Source of the DNA: Candidatus Aenigmatarchaeota archaeon
GTDB lineage: Archaea > Aenigmatarchaeota > Aenigmatarchaeia > QMZP01 > QMZT01
Reading direction: 5' to 3'
Length of the DNA stretch: 64,000 bases
NCBI GenBank assembly: GCA_026397315.1
Contig: JAPLVC010000005.1
Span: forward strand, 2,088-66,087
Part shown: positions 60,544 through 64,000 of the stretch, piece by piece
Layout of the letters: every line of letters starts with the position of its first letter
Position numbering within the stretch: the first letter of the stretch is position 1
Translations under genes and position numbers: made by a program
The notes under the pieces: generated by a model
Database searches by the model: none
Told to the model about the DNA's origin: nothing
Seen by the model: only the letters and a program-made list of their open reading frames with translations

Positions 60544-62229
60544 ATGGGCCTGAGGGGATTGCTCAGAGAAAAATTAGAAAGAAGGAAGGACGCAGGCGAA
60601 GATAGATATCCCAAAATTGAAATAAAGGAGCCCAAGAATCTGATAGTGTTCCCCGCGCTGAAAAAAGCGACGGAAATCGACATACAATACCCGCTTCTGG
60701 AGCCTTTCGTATATGCCCACGTGAGATGGGACACAAAAAAGAAAGGCCTTTTTTATGAAATAATAGAGCCTTCCCTTTCGAATACGGAGAAGGAAATCCT
60801 GGAAACCATTAAGAAAGACCTTCTGGAAATAATTGACGTCGAGCTATCGGCCATAAAGGAAGAGGGGAGGGTTTTCGAATATATACAGGAAAAACTGCAG
60901 AAAATCCTCGAAGACGAGAACATGAAACTGCCGAAAGAGTCCTACATAAAGATAACTTACTTCATATACCGCGATTTCGTTGGCTACAATGAAATCGAGG
61001 GACTGCTTCATGACCCTTACATTGAAGATATAGGGTGCCCGGGCCTCAGTATGCCTGTCTTCGTGGTTCACAGGAAATTCGGCTCCATCGAGACGAACAT
61101 CACGTTCGAAGACAGCGGCTACCTCAACAATTTTGTCATAAAGCTCGCCGAGCGCAGCGGAAGATATATATCATACGCGAAACCTCTGCTGGACGGCTCG
61201 CTTCCCGATGGCTCGAGGGTCCAGGCGACGCTAGCGAAAGATGTCACGACGAAGGGTCCGACATTCTCTATAAGGAAATTCAGGGTCGAGCCATTCACCC
61301 CGATAGACGTCATAAACTTCAACACGGCGTCCAGCGAAATCATGGCTTATCTATGGTTAATGATTGAATCGCGCGCCTCGGCCCTCGTATGCGGCGGCGT
61401 ATCAACAGGCAAGACCACGTTCCTGAACGTTATGAGCATGTTCATCCCGCCCGAAGACAAGATCGTTTCAATAGAGGATACGCGAGAGTTGAATCTGCAG
61501 CACCAGAACTGGATACCAAGCGTTTCAAGGATCGGTTTCGGCGTGCCTGAAATAGGCGGCAGGCGTTATGGAGAGGTTACGCTTTTCGAGCTGCTCAAGG
61601 AATCTTTCAGGCAGAACCCGGATTACGTGATAGTCGGAGAAGTAAGGGGCAAAGAGGCATATGTCATGTTCCAGGGTATGGCAAGCGGCCACGCATCGTT
61701 GGGAACTATTCACGCGGGCTCAGTCGATGACGTGATAAAGCGCCTCGAGATGCCGCCAATAGAACTTTCGCCGACACTGGTAGAGACGCTGGACATGGTC
61801 TTGGTCATGATACACGCGAAAGAGAAAGGCAAGTCCGCCAGACGATTGAAGGAGATAGACGAGATAGAGTCAATAGACCCGAAAACCGGAACGCCCCATA
61901 CCATAAAGGCGTTCGCGTGGAGCCCCTCATCCGATACTTATTCTGCAAACCTTGAGGAGTCATACCTACTGAAGAAGATGGCATTCGAGAAGGGAATATC
62001 ATACGACGACATGATAAAGGAACTCAAGAAACGCCAGAAGATACTTGAATGGATGAGAAAATTTGGCGTGACGAATTTCGATGATGTTTCAAAATTGATA
62101 AACCTGTATTACAAAGAGCCGGGCATAATAATAGACTGGGTGGAAAAAGATGTTCCGCCGTTCAAAACAAAAATGAAAGAGGCAAAAAAGGTGCTTGAAT
62201 CATACACTGGCCTCAAAGTAATCGAATAA
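60544..62229 (+). CDS. type IV pilus/archaellum-type secretion ATPase (ArlI/FlaI/PilB-GspE family), copy 2
   Basis: 561 aa from the ATG at 60544 (the ORF-track start is TTG). It has Walker A GGVSTGKTT, SIEDTRELNL, IVGEVRG and SGHASLGTIHA. Confidence 0.9.
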   Translation: MGLRGLLREKLERRKDAGEDRYPKIEIKEPKNLIVFPALKKATEIDIQYPLLEPFVYAHVRWDTKKKGLFYEIIEPSLSNTEKEILETIKKDLLEIIDVELSAIKEEGRVFEYIQEKLQKILEDENMKLPKESYIKITYFIYRDFVGYNEIEGLLHDPYIEDIGCPGLSMPVFVVHRKFGSIETNITFEDSGYLNNFVIKLAERSGRYISYAKPLLDGSLPDGSRVQATLAKDVTTKGPTFSIRKFRVEPFTPIDVINFNTASSEIMAYLWLMIESRASALVCGGVSTGKTTFLNVMSMFIPPEDKIVSIEDTRELNLQHQNWIPSVSRIGFGVPEIGGRRYGEVTLFELLKESFRQNPDYVIVGEVRGKEAYVMFQGMASGHASLGTIHAGSVDDVIKRLEMPPIELSPTLVETLDMVLVMIHAKEKGKSARRLKEIDEIESIDPKTGTPHTIKAFAWSPSSDTYSANLEESYLLKKMAFEKGISYDDMIKELKKRQKILEWMRKFGVTNFDDVSKLINLYYKEPGIIIDWVEKDVPPFKTKMKEAKKVLESYTGLKVIE

Positions 62230-62241
62230 ATGTTTAAACAT
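62230..62241. repeat. palindromic 12-mer ATGTTTAAACAT (third copy)
   Basis: This copy is identical to 53923-53934. It lies immediately after the ATPase stop and 43-54 nt upstream of the RPA start. Confidence 0.6.
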
Positions 62242-62283
62242 AATCTTTTATAATTTATTCTCAATCTTTATGCAGGGTTTGAT

Positions 62284-63312
62284 ATGTTCTCGCTCAAAGA
62301 GATGGTAAAGGAAATTTCGCTCTCTTCCGGTCTCAGCGAAGATGATGTGGAACTGAGAATCGAAGATAAACAGCTGGAGCTTTCCGGCCTTGTATCGCCT
62401 GAGGGGGCTGCATACATAGTCGGAAAGGAGTTGGGCGTCAGCCTGGTAAAAGAGTCGCCGAAGAGGGGGCTTAAGATAAAAAACGTCGTCCCTGGCATGA
62501 GATCGGTCGACGTTATCGGGCGCATAATACGAATTTCCCCCAGAAAGGATTTCCAGAAAGACGGCCGGTTAAATGGCGTTATAAACGTCACCATGGGTGA
62601 TGAAACCGGCATTCTCAGGCTTTCATTGTGGGACAGCGAAACCGAAATTGTCGAAAAAGCCGACATGAAGGAAAATGATGTAATGAGCATAAGGAATGCT
62701 TACGTGAAGGAAAACAACCGTGGTGATATCGAGCTCCGCCTCGGCAGGAGCGGCAGGATAAACAAGTCCGACGAAAAAATACCGGAGATTAACGATATAA
62801 GGAAGGACTTCGAGTCCGTGAATGCCAAGAGTATTGCCGATCTCAAAGAGGAAGAATTCAGCGAGATAAAAGCCTCGCTTATACAGGTGTTCAAAAGAAA
62901 CCCATTCTACAGCGTCTGCCCGTTATGTGACTCGCGCTTGGAGAATGATGGTAATGCTTCAAGATGCAAGGATCACGGCAAGGTCGAACCTAAATTCAAT
63001 CTCGTGATTTCAGGCGTCGTTGACGATGGCACAGGAAACGTACGCGTCGTGTTCTTCAGGGATATGGCTGAGAAGGTTTGCGGTAAAAGCGCAGATGAAC
63101 TGAGAAAAATCGCATTAAGTCAGGATCCTTCATCTTTATGTGAAGACGTGAAACTGGGTCATGAATTTGTGATAAGAGGCCGCGTGAAGAAAAATGAATA
63201 TGCTGACAAGATTGAACTTGTCGCCAGCAGCGTCGAGGACGTCAATCCCAAGAGAGAATCCGAGAAACTGGTGCAAAAAATAGAGACGTTAAATATTAAA
63301 AATATGAAATGA
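62284..63312 (+). CDS. rpa: replication protein A-like ssDNA-binding protein (OB folds plus Zn ribbon)
   Basis: 342 aa. The N-terminal SGLVSPEGAAYIVGKELGV is typical of euryarchaeal-type RPA. It has two OB-like segments and a CPLCDSRLENDGNASRCKDHG zinc ribbon. Confidence 0.8.
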   Translation: MFSLKEMVKEISLSSGLSEDDVELRIEDKQLELSGLVSPEGAAYIVGKELGVSLVKESPKRGLKIKNVVPGMRSVDVIGRIIRISPRKDFQKDGRLNGVINVTMGDETGILRLSLWDSETEIVEKADMKENDVMSIRNAYVKENNRGDIELRLGRSGRINKSDEKIPEINDIRKDFESVNAKSIADLKEEEFSEIKASLIQVFKRNPFYSVCPLCDSRLENDGNASRCKDHGKVEPKFNLVISGVVDDGTGNVRVVFFRDMAEKVCGKSADELRKIALSQDPSSLCEDVKLGHEFVIRGRVKKNEYADKIELVASSVEDVNPKRESEKLVQKIETLNIKNMK

Positions 63313-63339
63313 ATATTTAAGCCCTAGTGAGGTGTTGGT

Positions 63340-64000
63340 ATGGCAAAAGAAGTTGACGTGAACAAAGAGAACAAGGATATTGAAAATCTTCCAGGAGTTG
63401 GGGAGAAGACTCTTGAGAAGTTTATAGAGGCTGGTTATGATAATCTCATGGCTATAGCCGCGGCTTCTGCCGGAGAGATCGTAGCATCTACGGGTATAGG
63501 TGTCGAAACCGCCAATAAAATAATCGCTGGTGCAAGGCAGAAGCTCAAGATGGGTTTCGAGACGGCAAAAGAGGTCCTCATCAAAAGAGAAAACCTTGGA
63601 AAGATAACCACATGCGCGAAAGAGCTCGACAAACTCTTGGGCGGCGGCGTGGAAACGCAGGCCATCACTGAGATGCACGGTGCGTATGGCTCCGGTAAAT
63701 CACAGCTTGCTCACCAGCTTTCCGTTTCTGTGCAGTTGCCAAGGGAGAAAGGCGGCTTAGATGGGAAAGTGATTTTCATAGACACAGAGCAGACGTTCAG
63801 GCCGGAAAGGATAAAGCAGATGGCTGAAGGCCTTGGTCTTGAACCCGATAAAATTCTCGAGAACATATTCGTTGGCCGGGCTTACAACTCCGATCATCAG
63901 GTGATCTTGATAGAGAAGGCCGAAGAGCTCATAAAGAAAGAAAACGTCAAGCTTATAGTGGTTGACTCGCTAACATCAGCCTTCAGATCGGATTATACCG
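63340..64000 (+). CDS. radA: DNA repair and recombination protein RadA (5' part, runs off window end)
   Basis: This gene is absent from the ORF track because no stop lies in the window. The ATG at 63340 follows GTGAGGTG. It has Hh[18 protein letters not shown], Walker [10 protein letters not shown] and the [15 protein letters not shown] block. Confidence 0.95.
   Translation, partial: MAKEVDVNKENKDIENLPGVGEKTLEKFIEAGYDNLMAIAAASAGEIVASTGIGVETANKIIAGARQKLKMGFETAKEVLIKRENLGKITTCAKELDKLLGGGVETQAITEMHGAYGSGKSQLAHQLSVSVQLPREKGGLDGKVIFIDTEQTFRPERIKQMAEGLGLEPDKILENIFVGRAYNSDHQVILIEKAEELIKKENVKLIVVDSLTSAFRSDYT

Noticed and set aside
1-64000. A search for CRISPR arrays, rRNA genes, transposases, integrases, prophage or toxin-antitoxin modules, and long direct or inverted repeats.
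   Set aside because: I found no spaced direct repeats, no rRNA-like sequence, and no DDE, tyrosine or serine recombinase motifs in any plausible ORF. The only repeats seen are short palindromic promoter-like motifs and paralogous gene pairs.

Overview
This window is a compact archaeal chromosomal segment. I map about 73 genes at very high coding density, with many 1-4 nt start/stop overlaps (ATGA, TAATG) and A/T-rich TATA-like boxes 25-35 nt upstream of many start codons. Archaeal identity rests on eL15, eL21, eS17, eS26, Rpo4/RpoF, Pus10, RadA, RPA, ABCE1, an archaeal-type SRP RNA and archaeal class III (type IV pilin-like) signal peptides. The small-genome style, an ESCRT-III/Vps4 operon, a tRNA with a T-loop intron and many Cys-rich or heavily glycosylatable surface proteins suggest a DPANN-like (for example Micrarchaeota-like) or related lineage. 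That lineage call is inference only. Housekeeping content includes ArgRS, GlyRS, PheRS alpha and beta, DNA ligase, PPDK, UMP kinase, IMPase, CutA, RtcB with archease, TatD, MinD, and Memo-like and KaiC-like proteins. I found no rRNA, CRISPR array, transposase or integrase. Six things stand out. (1) An uncharacterised divergent five-gene module at 25.1-30.0 kb holds two Trp-rich paralogs, a small membrane protein, a 577-aa helical protein and an Endo IV/xylose-isomerase-like TIM barrel with a large charged insertion. (2) An ESCRT-III-like/Vps4 operon has a novel TPR plus beta-sandwich third gene and no CdvA. (3) Back to back with that operon, across a 45-bp control region, sits a 1248-aa pilin-signal vWA protein with about 50 N-glycosylation sequons. 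(4) An Mrp/Mbh-like membrane module stops after the NuoB/NuoC homologs and lacks the catalytic large subunit. (5) Type IV pilus machinery is dispersed across the window: two ArlI/PilB-like ATPases, a split TadB/TadC-like platform, tandem pilins and large pilin-like proteins. (6) Two RNA genes are invisible to the ORF track: an SRP RNA and an intron-containing tRNA-Arg.
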